A stretch of 64,000 nt of DNA from a virus. Positions 55,430 through 63,117 of the stretch are shown piece after piece. Every line of letters begins with the position of its first letter. Within the stretch, counting starts at the first letter, position 1. Made by a program: the position numbers and the translations under genes. The notes beneath the pieces are model-generated. The model ran no database searches, had not been told where the DNA came from, and saw only the letters and a program-made list of their open reading frames with translations. The stretch is from positions 64,001-128,000 of IMG/VR virus record IMGVR_UViG_3300017774_005745; one strand, given 5' to 3'.

Positions 55430-56191
55430 CTAGAAGTTCACGTCGAACGTGATGGAAGAGGGAACCTCTTTCCATATCTTGATGGTTTTGAGGTCTTCGT
55501 ACGTGATGTCGGAGATCATACGCAGAATGTACTTCTTCACCTGCGAGGCCCTCAGGATTTGGAAGTTGTTCGAACCCCACGAGACGAGGATGCTCTCTTC
55601 CTCCGTCGGCACTGGGATCGGCTTCGAGGCCACGGGAGCTTTCTTCTTCTTTCTCGAACCTCCCCGAGTCTTGATGCCGTTCAGTTCCTTTGCAATGCGA
55701 AGAGTCTCGCAAAGGTACTGACTGTCCATCGACGTACCGAACTCGGCCTTGATTGCGTCTTGAGCTGCTCGCGTAGTGATGGCAGGGTTCTTATCCACCA
55801 GCGTGTTCAAGAACGCCTTCTTACGATCAAAGAGGTCGGGAGGAGGATACTTCGTGAGGTACTTCTTCGGGGGCGCTGCTGCAGGGGGAGGTGCCACGAC
55901 CTCCACAGCAGGTGGTTTGGCTTCCACTGCCTCAGCCTTGGGCTCCACTACTGGAGGAGCAGCTGGTGGCATCGGAGTCAGAATCGGGAACACCCTCTTC
56001 ACAGGCTCCTTACTCGGAATGACGCTTGGAGCGGTCTTTACGTCCTGATGAACTTGCCGTCGAATACCGCTGATGAGAGGTCGACTGAAAGGAGCTCGAA
56101 TCTTCGCGTCTCCCAACATTCGAGCACATGCGTCAATAGACGCATTTGGATTCTTCTTGAAGAACTCTGCTATCAACGCACGTTGGTCCAA
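55430..56191 (-). CDS. Putative DNA-binding protein with two KNP-led HTH-like repeats
   Basis: KNPNASIDACARML and KNPAITTRAAQDAIKAEFG separated by a P/A-rich linker; TTG start with AAGGAGG. Confidence 0.55.
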   Translation of the reverse strand: MDQRALIAEFFKKNPNASIDACARMLGDAKIRAPFSRPLISGIRRQVHQDVKTAPSVIPSKEPVKRVFPILTPMPPAAPPVVEPKAEAVEAKPPAVEVVAPPPAAAPPKKYLTKYPPPDLFDRKKAFLNTLVDKNPAITTRAAQDAIKAEFGTSMDSQYLCETLRIAKELNGIKTRGGSRKKKKAPVASKPIPVPTEEESILVSWGSNNFQILRASQVKKYILRMISDITYEDLKTIKIWKEVPSSITFDVNF

Positions 56192-56239
56192 GGTACTTCC
56201 TCCTTTTTACTCAAATTGAGTAGTGAGGCAGATTGCCTC

Positions 56240-56273
56240 TAACGTCTTATATCGCTCCTTCTTACTTAATTGC
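56240..56273 (-). promoter_or_regulatory. Phage promoter-like motif
   Basis: GCAA-N19-ATAAG-ACGTTA-GAGG, with a hairpin GAGGCA/TGCCTC at the predicted +1. Confidence 0.6.
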
Positions 56274-56513
56274 CCCGAGTACGAGGACGTATACGGCAAG
56301 AGCCAGAACCGCAAACCACATCAACGTGTTTAGCCTTGTGATGGTATCGATGTGTTGCTGCTTTAGCTTGTAGAGATTGTACAGCGCCCGCATGTGCTCA
56401 GCGAGCTGTCTTGCTCCGAAGGAAGAGATAGGCTGCCCAGCGAGGAGCTTATCCATCCACTCATCGTGGTTCTCCTCGAAGTCCTTTTCGAGTGCCTCTC
56501 GGTCCTCTTTCAC
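56262..56513 (-). CDS. Small protein with C-terminal transmembrane helix
   Basis: GTGA overlap at 56513; LMWFAVLALAVYVLVLGAIK tail. Confidence 0.6.
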   Translation of the reverse strand: MKEDREALEKDFEENHDEWMDKLLAGQPISSFGARQLAEHMRALYNLYKLKQQHIDTITRLNTLMWFAVLALAVYVLVLGAIK

Positions 56514-56833
56514 TTCGATGCCTCTAGGAAACAATCCATACACACCTTCACAGTGACTGGGACGAGGTGTGCAGAACTCGGAGAGACCCACACTCCCTGC
56601 CCACAGACGTCACATACCGCAGCCTCTGTGGCATCGATAACTGCCCTCGGCATCCTACTGGGAGTCATCATCGGGTTCTCGAATGAGGTGCCGTTTCGAG
56701 CATTCACCTCATACACAATCTTACTGAGTACTTTGATTAACCTGGAGTTGTCCGCAGTGGGTTTTATCTCTACGACTTGCGGCTCAGTGAAGGGGTCGCG
56801 CACCGCGTAGTCAGCTACTTCGTCACTCTTCAT
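56510..56833 (-). CDS. Hypothetical protein with CxxC...CxxC
   Basis: CDVC and CMDC; GGAG RBS. Confidence 0.6.
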   Translation of the reverse strand: MKSDEVADYAVRDPFTEPQVVEIKPTADNSRLIKVLSKIVYEVNARNGTSFENPMMTPSRMPRAVIDATEAAVCDVCGQGVWVSPSSAHLVPVTVKVCMDCFLEASK

Positions 56834-57188
56834 TTGAGGGTCTCCATAGAAAACAAGGGGACAGACCGCCGATAACAACCTCGAACCCAATCTTGGGAAG
56901 GTACTCAGCGAATCGTCTATTCACGACGCTCTCGACGTAGATGGGAAGAGTTGGGTACATCTTCCTCACTCGCTGGACACATCGAGTGAAGGTTCCAACT
57001 CCCTTCTTATCGACCTCCATTGATGCGAAGTCGATAACCGGAAACGTCAGCTTACCGTCTAGAGCCCTTCCGGATACTCTTACGTACAGGGTATTGAAAC
57101 CCTTCTCTCGAACGTGGGCCCGCGCAGGTATCATGCTTCCTGGAGGCTTCGAGAGGTTTGTCTCAAGGAACTCGTCAAGTGTCTTCAT
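56823..57188 (-). CDS. GNAT-fold-like protein
   Basis: IDFASMEVDKKGVGTFT (motif A-like) and YVESVVNRRFAEYLPKIGF (motif B-like). Confidence 0.5.
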   Translation of the reverse strand: MKTLDEFLETNLSKPPGSMIPARAHVREKGFNTLYVRVSGRALDGKLTFPVIDFASMEVDKKGVGTFTRCVQRVRKMYPTLPIYVESVVNRRFAEYLPKIGFEVVIGGLSPCFLWRPSNEE

Positions 57189-57450
57189 CTTCACTTGGTG
57201 ACTTCCTTCCAATTCGGATGGTGCCCTTGTGGACCTTTCCACCATTCTCATGGACCTCGAAGCTGTATTCCGGAACTGGAATCGGTGTAATTCGAACTTC
57301 TCCAGCGTTTGTGAAGACGAGACGAAGAGCTTCAGCAAATGACTCTGCCTTCACTTTCTGTGGAGCTTGTTTATCAATCTCAATCTTGAACGTTCTTGGT
57401 GCCACTTGCTTCTCTTTCTTGAAGTCGTGGATTGCACGAATCGCAGTCAC
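57175..57450 (-). CDS. Hypothetical protein (about 91 aa)
   Basis: Operon packing; start uncertain. Confidence 0.5.
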   Translation of the reverse strand: MTAIRAIHDFKKEKQVAPRTFKIEIDKQAPQKVKAESFAEALRLVFTNAGEVRITPIPVPEYSFEVHENGGKVHKGTIRIGRKSPSEDEDT

Positions 57451-57568
57451 ACTCGTATCGCAGTAGTTTCCTCATAGGTCTGCTCCTCAGGAGCACTGTT
57501 ACGACCATCCCAATACCGTACAAGAATCCTACGCCTATGAACGTGATTGTCTTCTTGAGAGTTTTCAT
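57380..57568 (-). CDS. Small membrane protein (62 aa)
   Basis: AGGAG RBS; hydrophobic ITFIGVGFLYGIGMVVTVLL. Confidence 0.5.
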   Translation of the reverse strand: MKTLKKTITFIGVGFLYGIGMVVTVLLRSRPMRKLLRYECDCDSCNPRLQEREASGTKNVQD

Positions 57569-57602
57569 GCTCCTATAGGAGCACCCTCAGATGTCAGTGG
57601 TG

Positions 57603-58088
57603 TTACGTTACCTCTCCCTTTTGGTGATCTTCGTTGATGGCAACATCACCATCATACACGTTGCAACGGCCTCCATCGAACCAACGCACCATCGGCCCAG
57701 AGTTGCTCTCATGGAAGTTCGCTGGTTGATACACAACACCCTTGGCACCCTTACGAACCTTTGCCCCGTTGATGTCGAGCTCTCTGAGCGAGGAGACGAT
57801 ATCACCACGACGAAGGTCACCTACCTGCACGATGTCTCCGCTAATTGCGGCTGAGAGCTCCGGAAGCTTCTCAAGCAGGTGTGCCTCTACTTCTGTCATC
57901 ATCTTGACCTTCGCAAGCATCGGCTTCATCTCAAGGGTGAATTTCGAGATGACTGAGGCGTACTGGATGGCCTTCCTCTTCCAGTCGATGGCTGCTTGCT
58001 TCCACTTCGTTGCTTTCTCTTTCTGGAGTTCGAGCTCCTTCTGAATTGGGTCAGTGTGCTTCTTGATTTCAAGGTCTTCAAGGCTCAT
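57603..58088 (-). CDS. Coiled-coil plus SH3-like hypothetical protein
   Basis: N-terminal helix and C-terminal small beta-barrel pattern (LRRGDIV...KGAKGVV...MVRW). Confidence 0.55.
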   Translation of the reverse strand: MSLEDLEIKKHTDPIQKELELQKEKATKWKQAAIDWKRKAIQYASVISKFTLEMKPMLAKVKMMTEVEAHLLEKLPELSAAISGDIVQVGDLRRGDIVSSLRELDINGAKVRKGAKGVVYQPANFHESNSGPMVRWFDGGRCNVYDGDVAINEDHQKGEVT

Positions 58089-58500
58089 TGAGTTTTCCTC
58101 TGAGTATCTTCAACATCTCGTCTGCCGCTTGGTGGCCTCTTTCGAGGTTGGAGTCTCGAATTGCTTCGAAGCCCTCAATGCATCGAAGGATGATTTTCTT
58201 TCTCTCCTCTTCCACCTTCTCAATGTAAGCGAGGGCCGTACTGATGTTCCTTCGCTCAACGACGCGACCCCAGTTGCGCCCATCGTGAGCAACTCCATCG
58301 AGTAGGTCGAGAGCTGCTCTCGTCTTCACGTCCATACTGTGCTCCTTCCCTCTTTCTGGAACGTCGTATTCATCCCGAACTGCGTCTTTCAGGATGAGCA
58401 AGATGTGATCTCTCTCTAGAGTACGAGGACAACTCTCAAGCCACTTGATGTCCTCTTCAATGAGTTTTGCGTATGCCTCTCGCGTCAGTCTTCCGCTCAT
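58078..58500 (-). CDS. Hypothetical protein (140 aa)
   Basis: ATGA overlap; operon packing. Confidence 0.6.
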   Translation of the reverse strand: MSGRLTREAYAKLIEEDIKWLESCPRTLERDHILLILKDAVRDEYDVPERGKEHSMDVKTRAALDLLDGVAHDGRNWGRVVERRNISTALAYIEKVEEERKKIILRCIEGFEAIRDSNLERGHQAADEMLKILRGKLNEP

Positions 58501-58694
58501 GAAGTCCTTCCATCCAGGTCTTCTAGATAGGCTTTATCGTCGTCTGCCCATACACGCAGGTGTCGACCGCATTGACATGTAACGAGTGTACCATCCTCCC
58601 ACTCGCCGTCTTCGTTCGATGGCAATGTCTCGCACGGTTCTTCGCACCAAGGACAGTCGAGGTAATTCATCGTTGGCTCCCGCAGGTGGGGCAA
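58497..58694 (-). CDS. Zn-ribbon protein (CPWC...CQCG)
   Basis: Cys pattern; probable start MNYLDC. Confidence 0.6.
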   Translation of the reverse strand: MPHLREPTMNYLDCPWCEEPCETLPSNEDGEWEDGTLVTCQCGRHLRVWADDDKAYLEDLDGRTS

Positions 58695-58897
58695 GGGTTG
58701 AACCAGTCTCCATCTCTGTCGTTGTAGCCACCGCTACGACCGACGTGCTTACACATGGTAGTGTACGCTGTGATGGCAACTTGGAGCAGATTGATTTCTT
58801 CTTGTCGCTCTTTGATGAGATTGCGGAGCTTGTCCACCTCTCTCTTGAGCTCTCCATCATGGAGACCCGTCTTGATGTTGAATGTCAGCTCAGCCAT
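58667..58897 (-). CDS. Coiled-coil plus Zn-finger small protein (CKH...CPTCG)
   Basis: Overlapping operon; Cys/His pattern. Confidence 0.6.
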   Translation of the reverse strand: MAELTFNIKTGLHDGELKREVDKLRNLIKERQEEINLLQVAITAYTTMCKHVGRSGGYNDRDGDWFNPCPTCGSQR

Positions 58898-59120
58898 GCT
58901 CTCTCCCAGTCTCTTTGGTGTCGCCCTTCAGGGCTGCGATCTGTTTCTCTAGTTCAGCGATGTACTTCGCGTTCTCTTCGAGCTTGGTCCATACATCGGG
59001 ACTTGCCCATACGACGTACTCTTCTCCTCCATAGGGGCCATCACGGTCCCAGAACTTGTGAACTGCATCGGACACCCCGATATTACGAACAGACCTGTTC
59101 ATTGCCTTGCCTTTACCCAT
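58890..59120 (-). CDS. Hypothetical protein (76 aa)
   Basis: Operon packing. Confidence 0.55.
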   Translation of the reverse strand: MGKGKAMNRSVRNIGVSDAVHKFWDRDGPYGGEEYVVWASPDVWTKLEENAKYIAELEKQIAALKGDTKETGREHG

Positions 59121-59506
59121 GATTCGAAGAGAGCAAGCTCTCCTACTGCACGGGAGTGGTTGCTTCCAAAAGAGAGAGCAAGTGCGACTGATGCCATGTA
59201 CTCCGCTCTCATTTCACGAATTGCTTCTTCATCCATCTCCGCATCATCCATGAGACGACCTTCCCAATGCCTCCTCTTTGGTTGATGGGTTTGGAGCTTG
59301 TCTTGGAAGACCTTCTCGAAAGAACGCAGTGCTGCTTGAGCGTTATTTGCGATAATGTTCTGATTGTACTGGTCTTTCTCCTCTGATGGGTCTCTCCCAA
59401 AGAACCCATCACCCGCGTTGTCGCACATGCCTGCATGGTCCTTCTTCAGCTCACACTGAATGTTCCAGGCCATGGACCACTTAGGGCACCTATCCTTCTT
59501 CTTCAT
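59099..59506 (-). CDS. Hypothetical protein with N-terminal C...C...H..C motif
   Basis: GGAGG RBS before MKKKDRC. Confidence 0.6.
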   Translation of the reverse strand: MKKKDRCPKWSMAWNIQCELKKDHAGMCDNAGDGFFGRDPSEEKDQYNQNIIANNAQAALRSFEKVFQDKLQTHQPKRRHWEGRLMDDAEMDEEAIREMRAEYMASVALALSFGSNHSRAVGELALFESWVKARQ

Positions 59507-59828
59507 TGCTTTCCTCCATTGGGCCTGGATGGTCGCAGTCGGCGTAGTGCTTTTGACACTCATCGCACCATGGCTCTCCACAACAATCACACTCGCTACA
59601 CTCTGCAGCGAGTTTCATTGGGAGCTTCTCTCTTTGCAATCGGAGAGCTTCATCGATGAGCGCCTGCCTCTGTGGCTCACGCTTGCCCTTGAGGCAGAAG
59701 CTACAGACGAATGAAGACTCACTGAGCCTGTGCTTCTTGCAGATTGGGCAGAGCTTCCTGGATGGATCGAGAGTGAGCATCTGCTCCTCTTGACGTACGC
59801 TAATCACTCTGTCGAGGAACTTATTCAT
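59490..59828 (-). CDS. Cys-rich Zn-finger protein (112 aa)
   Basis: CPIC, CSFC, CSECDCC, CDEC...HYADC; ATGA overlap. Confidence 0.65.
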   Translation of the reverse strand: MNKFLDRVISVRQEEQMLTLDPSRKLCPICKKHRLSESSFVCSFCLKGKREPQRQALIDEALRLQREKLPMKLAAECSECDCCGEPWCDECQKHYADCDHPGPMEESNEEEG

Positions 59829-60607
59829 TCATCGGCTCCGAATAGGACAGTCGCTCCAATCGCTCGTTTGTGCTCCATCGAGAGATTACTCTCCAGCCCA
59901 CACTTGTTGCACTTCATCTCAATCAGAGACTTTGTGAGCTGTTCAGGAGTAGAATCGACATCTCCGATTTTGAAACAGTTGCGAGTCTCACCCGCCATCA
60001 TGGACCCGTCACTTGAGATGCTTGGGCTGCAGTGGCCTGACATACCAACTGCAGCACGTGACCGCATCACAGCAATAGCCTTTCGGATATCGCCCAGACT
60101 GCGAGTAGCAGAGCGGAGATTGAAGCTCGAAGGAGCCTTCTTCGTAGGGAGTTCGCTCTTCTTGCCCACGTATCTGCCGAGTGGGAGCATTGCTGTCAGT
60201 GAGTCTACGTATGAGATTCGAGAGTCCTCCACATGCTCAATTTGAGAAGGGTAGAACCTCTTATCGTTCGTCACCTGAATGAAGAGCCCTTTCCACTCAG
60301 GACGTAGGATACTTTCCCTGAGTTCCTTGTTCGCAATCCAACTCCCATTGCTGATGAGGATTGGAATGAGACCAGAACTGAAGACATCTTGGATAAGCGT
60401 CAAGATGTCTGGGTGCTCTGTCGGTTCACCACCACTCAAGAGGATGTTTGGTGGACATCCAATGCCCCAGGCTTCTGCTTCTACTTTAGCAGTAAGCTGG
60501 AGCGCTTTGAGAAACGTCTCTCTCGTCATGTGCTTCCCAGCGACTGTCGAATCCTCCATGCAGTGGCTGCAGCCCATTGAACAGTAATTCGTTACCTTGA
60601 TGAGCAT
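59825..60607 (-). CDS. Radical SAM enzyme (SPASM/twitch-like C-terminus)
   Basis: CSMGCSHC (CxxxCxxC), SGGEPT, ISNG, C-terminal C...C...CxxC; AGGAG RBS, ATG 60607. Confidence 0.9.
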   Translation of the reverse strand: MLIKVTNYCSMGCSHCMEDSTVAGKHMTRETFLKALQLTAKVEAEAWGIGCPPNILLSGGEPTEHPDILTLIQDVFSSGLIPILISNGSWIANKELRESILRPEWKGLFIQVTNDKRFYPSQIEHVEDSRISYVDSLTAMLPLGRYVGKKSELPTKKAPSSFNLRSATRSLGDIRKAIAVMRSRAAVGMSGHCSPSISSDGSMMAGETRNCFKIGDVDSTPEQLTKSLIEMKCNKCGLESNLSMEHKRAIGATVLFGADE

Positions 60608-60614
60608 GTAGCTC

Positions 60615-60917
60615 CTAGTGCTTGTAGTGAGTGTGCTTTGGCTTGGTCCTGGACACGTGACCCTTCGCCTTGAGGTCAAACTCTTTCGCGTCCTCCTTCG
60701 TCAAGAGTCTGTTCTTGTACTTCTCGAATGCTTCCATACCCACTTCATCTGCAGGCCACGAAGGTCCAGCGCCCTTTACTTCTCCACCTGGATTGATGCC
60801 GAGAGCATGTGAGCGCTCAATTGCGTCCACGAAGCTCTCAGCCTCGATGAGAACGCCACCAAGGAACTGCGAGCCCCTTGGAAGAGTTCCGTCTGCAAAG
60901 CTCAACCACCAGAACAT
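60615..60917 (-). CDS. Hypothetical protein (100 aa, MFWWLSFAD...)
   Basis: AAGGAG RBS 6 nt before ATG 60917. Confidence 0.7.
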   Translation of the reverse strand: MFWWLSFADGTLPRGSQFLGGVLIEAESFVDAIERSHALGINPGGEVKGAGPSWPADEVGMEAFEKYKNRLLTKEDAKEFDLKAKGHVSRTKPKHTHYKH

Positions 60918-60927
60918 ATGCATCTCC

Positions 60928-61257
60928 TTAGAGAACTTCATATTCAGTGACTTCGAACAGCACCTTGCCGTCCTGAGATGATTCGAGAATGACCCTGCTC
61001 CCGAGACGCAGCACCGTATACATGTCAATCTCGGTTAAGAGCTTGTCGCCATCTGAGCATTCGAACACCAGCTTCTTTGTCTCTTCGTTGTAGTCGGGGT
61101 CTCCGAAGAACTTCTTCCCATTCCACGTCCCCGTCATCGGAGGCCACGGGTATGGCAGCGTGCTTGGGTCGAAGATGGTGTTTGAGTCGTTCTTCATTGG
61201 GAGGAAGAGGTAGACCGTCTTGTTGTTCTTGTCAGAGAGCTCGAATCGAACAATCAT
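60928..61257 (-). CDS. Hypothetical protein (109 aa), first gene of the accessory operon
   Basis: GAGGAG RBS. Confidence 0.7.
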   Translation of the reverse strand: MIVRFELSDKNNKTVYLFLPMKNDSNTIFDPSTLPYPWPPMTGTWNGKKFFGDPDYNEETKKLVFECSDGDKLLTEIDMYTVLRLGSRVILESSQDGKVLFEVTEYEVL

Positions 61258-61399
61258 AAGTGCTCCTCAATTTGAGTGAAAGAAATGCTTCAGTGGAAGG
61301 TGTATTTCACCATCAGCTCAAGCCCTAAACAGCATCACGAAGATGCACGAAGTACATCAGTGTTGGTCAATCCGGAAAGTCTAACTGATTACTCTCGTT

Positions 61400-61434
61400 A
61401 CTACTCTTATGCCACCAGAAACAGCATATTCTGA
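61400..61434 (-). promoter_or_regulatory. Phage promoter-like motif heading the 61257-56262 operon
   Basis: GGCATAAG-AGTAGT immediately downstream of a terminator. Confidence 0.6.
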
Positions 61435-61466
61435 AGCTAAAAGAAACACTCTTGAATGAGTGTTTC
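61435..61466 (-). terminator. Intrinsic terminator
   Basis: 9-bp stem GAAACACTC/GAGTGTTTC then TTTTAGC. Confidence 0.75.
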
Positions 61467-61474
61467 CTTCTTCT

Positions 61475-62233
61475 TCAGCGCATCCCAATTGAGACTGGAA
61501 ACGGGACCTTCGGAAGAGATGCAAACGTCAACTCAACTCCAGTGCCTGCTGCGTTGTTCGACATGCACTGAAGAATGAATTGTCCTCCTGTTGTTTGCGA
61601 CCGAATCATTCTCGATGTTGCATTGAATCGTCGAGGAGTGATTGGTTGAACTGCCTTGAGCACTTGTCCATTTGGGTCGTTTGCTTCTTGGTAGCACCCA
61701 CTCGGAAAGTGCAAAGACGGGAAGAGCACAAACGCTCTCCCACTGCATGCGGGCCCATCAAAGTAGATTGCCTCTCTGATGGGATTGAGTTGAGAACCGC
61801 CATCAGTGACTGGGTCCCATTCCATCGTGGCAACGCAGTTAGAGCTTTGAACGAAGACGCTTCTCAAGCTCTCTGTGTTTCCATTGAACATTGCAAACCC
61901 GACAACACCACCATCTGCCGAGTAGAGCGTGGGGGATGCTGGAGTATCGCCTTGGAGGCCTCTCTCTCCTCGGGCTCCGTTATCTCCTTTGACGCCCTGA
62001 ATGCCTTGCTCTCCCTGAGGACCTCTCGTACCGGAGACGCCTTGAGTGCCTTGGGGCCCTGTAGAGCCCTCAGGACCGTTTGCGATGAAGGCTCTTCCTC
62101 CATCGATGTCAGTCAGCCACACGCCTCCTGCCACTTGCTCGACGATGATGCCCGAGGTGACGTTGTTAGACTCGACGGGGCCAGCACCAGCACAACCGAG
62201 AAACAACACAACAACGAGAATTGAGAAACGCAT
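61475..62233 (-). CDS. Collagen-repeat lipoprotein
   Basis: Lipobox-like MRFSILVVVLFLG-C, about 14 Gly-X-Y triplets, globular C-terminal domain with paired Cys. Confidence 0.75.
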   Translation of the reverse strand: MRFSILVVVLFLGCAGAGPVESNNVTSGIIVEQVAGGVWLTDIDGGRAFIANGPEGSTGPQGTQGVSGTRGPQGEQGIQGVKGDNGARGERGLQGDTPASPTLYSADGGVVGFAMFNGNTESLRSVFVQSSNCVATMEWDPVTDGGSQLNPIREAIYFDGPACSGRAFVLFPSLHFPSGCYQEANDPNGQVLKAVQPITPRRFNATSRMIRSQTTGGQFILQCMSNNAAGTGVELTFASLPKVPFPVSIGMR

Positions 62234-62278
62234 GGTCATCTCCTTTTGAGAAAGAGGGTGAATTCCGTCTTTCACTTC

Positions 62279-62313
62279 AATAGGCTTATGACCACCGATT
62301 GTTGGTTAATTGC
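62279..62313 (-). promoter_or_regulatory. Phage promoter-like motif
   Basis: GCAA-N20-ATAAG-CCTATT-GAAG. Confidence 0.65.
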
Positions 62314-62322
62314 TCTTAAGGG

Positions 62323-62367
62323 TAAAAAAGAGAGACCACCCGAGGGGGGGATCAAGTAGTCTCTCTT
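62323..62367 (-). terminator. Intrinsic terminator
   Basis: Outer stem AAGAGAGAC/GTCTCTCTT with a T-tract on the - strand. Confidence 0.55.
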
Positions 62368-62379
62368 GCTGCCGACTGC

Positions 62380-62583
62380 TTAGGCAGCCTGCTTCTGCGC
62401 GTTGGGCACTTCCGCCTTGGCGTTGATCTCCTTCTTCTTGGAGTCCTCGCGCCAGTCGTGAAGCGCGCTGTTGGCGCTGATGACCAGGGACTGCGTGGCC
62501 ATCGCCACGACAGTGCCTGCGGCGACCTTGCCTGCGAAGATGAGGTTGGGCTTGATGCTGTTCCAAATCGAGGCGAAGTTCAT
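62380..62583 (-). CDS. GC-rich monocistronic small protein (67 aa) with a hydrophobic helix
   Basis: AAGGAG RBS; LIFAGKVAAGTVVAMATQSLVI segment. Confidence 0.7.
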   Translation of the reverse strand: MNFASIWNSIKPNLIFAGKVAAGTVVAMATQSLVISANSALHDWREDSKKKEINAKAEVPNAQKQAA

Positions 62584-62645
62584 GTGTCTACCGCTCCTTT
62601 TCACCCACGAAGGGTGTGAAGACAAGGTTGAATTACCCTGGCTTC

Positions 62646-62679
62646 AAAACACTTATACCGGGTCTTTTGGCATATTTGC
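62646..62679 (-). promoter_or_regulatory. Phage promoter-like motif
   Basis: GCAA-N19-ATAAG-TGTTTT-GAAG. Confidence 0.75.
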
Positions 62680-62682
62680 CAG

Positions 62683-63117
62683 TTACTGGTCCCTCCCATA
62701 GACAGGCTCAAATACATAGCCTTCTGGGAGCTCTTTTACCCTCTTTTGGGCCTCTTCCCGGATGTAGCTGTCTACCACCTGATGGGCCCTCAAGACGTCA
62801 AATCCTGCAAATCGGAACTCGAACATGATTTGCCCACTGACGGTATAGAACCATGCTTCTTTGATTCGAGAAGGCGCCTTCCCCTGCCTGAAGCGGTCGA
62901 AGGTGTATGCGACCTGAATAGGTACCCACTTCTCCATGAGCAGCCGAGCGGTGAACTCGGCCACTCTTTGATTCGTCTGTTCACCCTCTCCCCAGATGAG
63001 GACGAGTCTGGTTATCTCTCGAATCACCTTTGGGGCGAGAATGATGTATTCCAAACGCAGACGAAGCTGAGTGTAGAGGAAGAGAAACGTGCCTGAGAGA
63101 GTCTGGAATGTGGTCAT
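62683..63117 (-). CDS. Hypothetical protein (144 aa), possibly leaderless
   Basis: ATG lies 5 nt after the ATAAG motif and has no SD. Confidence 0.6.
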   Translation of the reverse strand: MTTFQTLSGTFLFLYTQLRLRLEYIILAPKVIREITRLVLIWGEGEQTNQRVAEFTARLLMEKWVPIQVAYTFDRFRQGKAPSRIKEAWFYTVSGQIMFEFRFAGFDVLRAHQVVDSYIREEAQKRVKELPEGYVFEPVYGRDQ

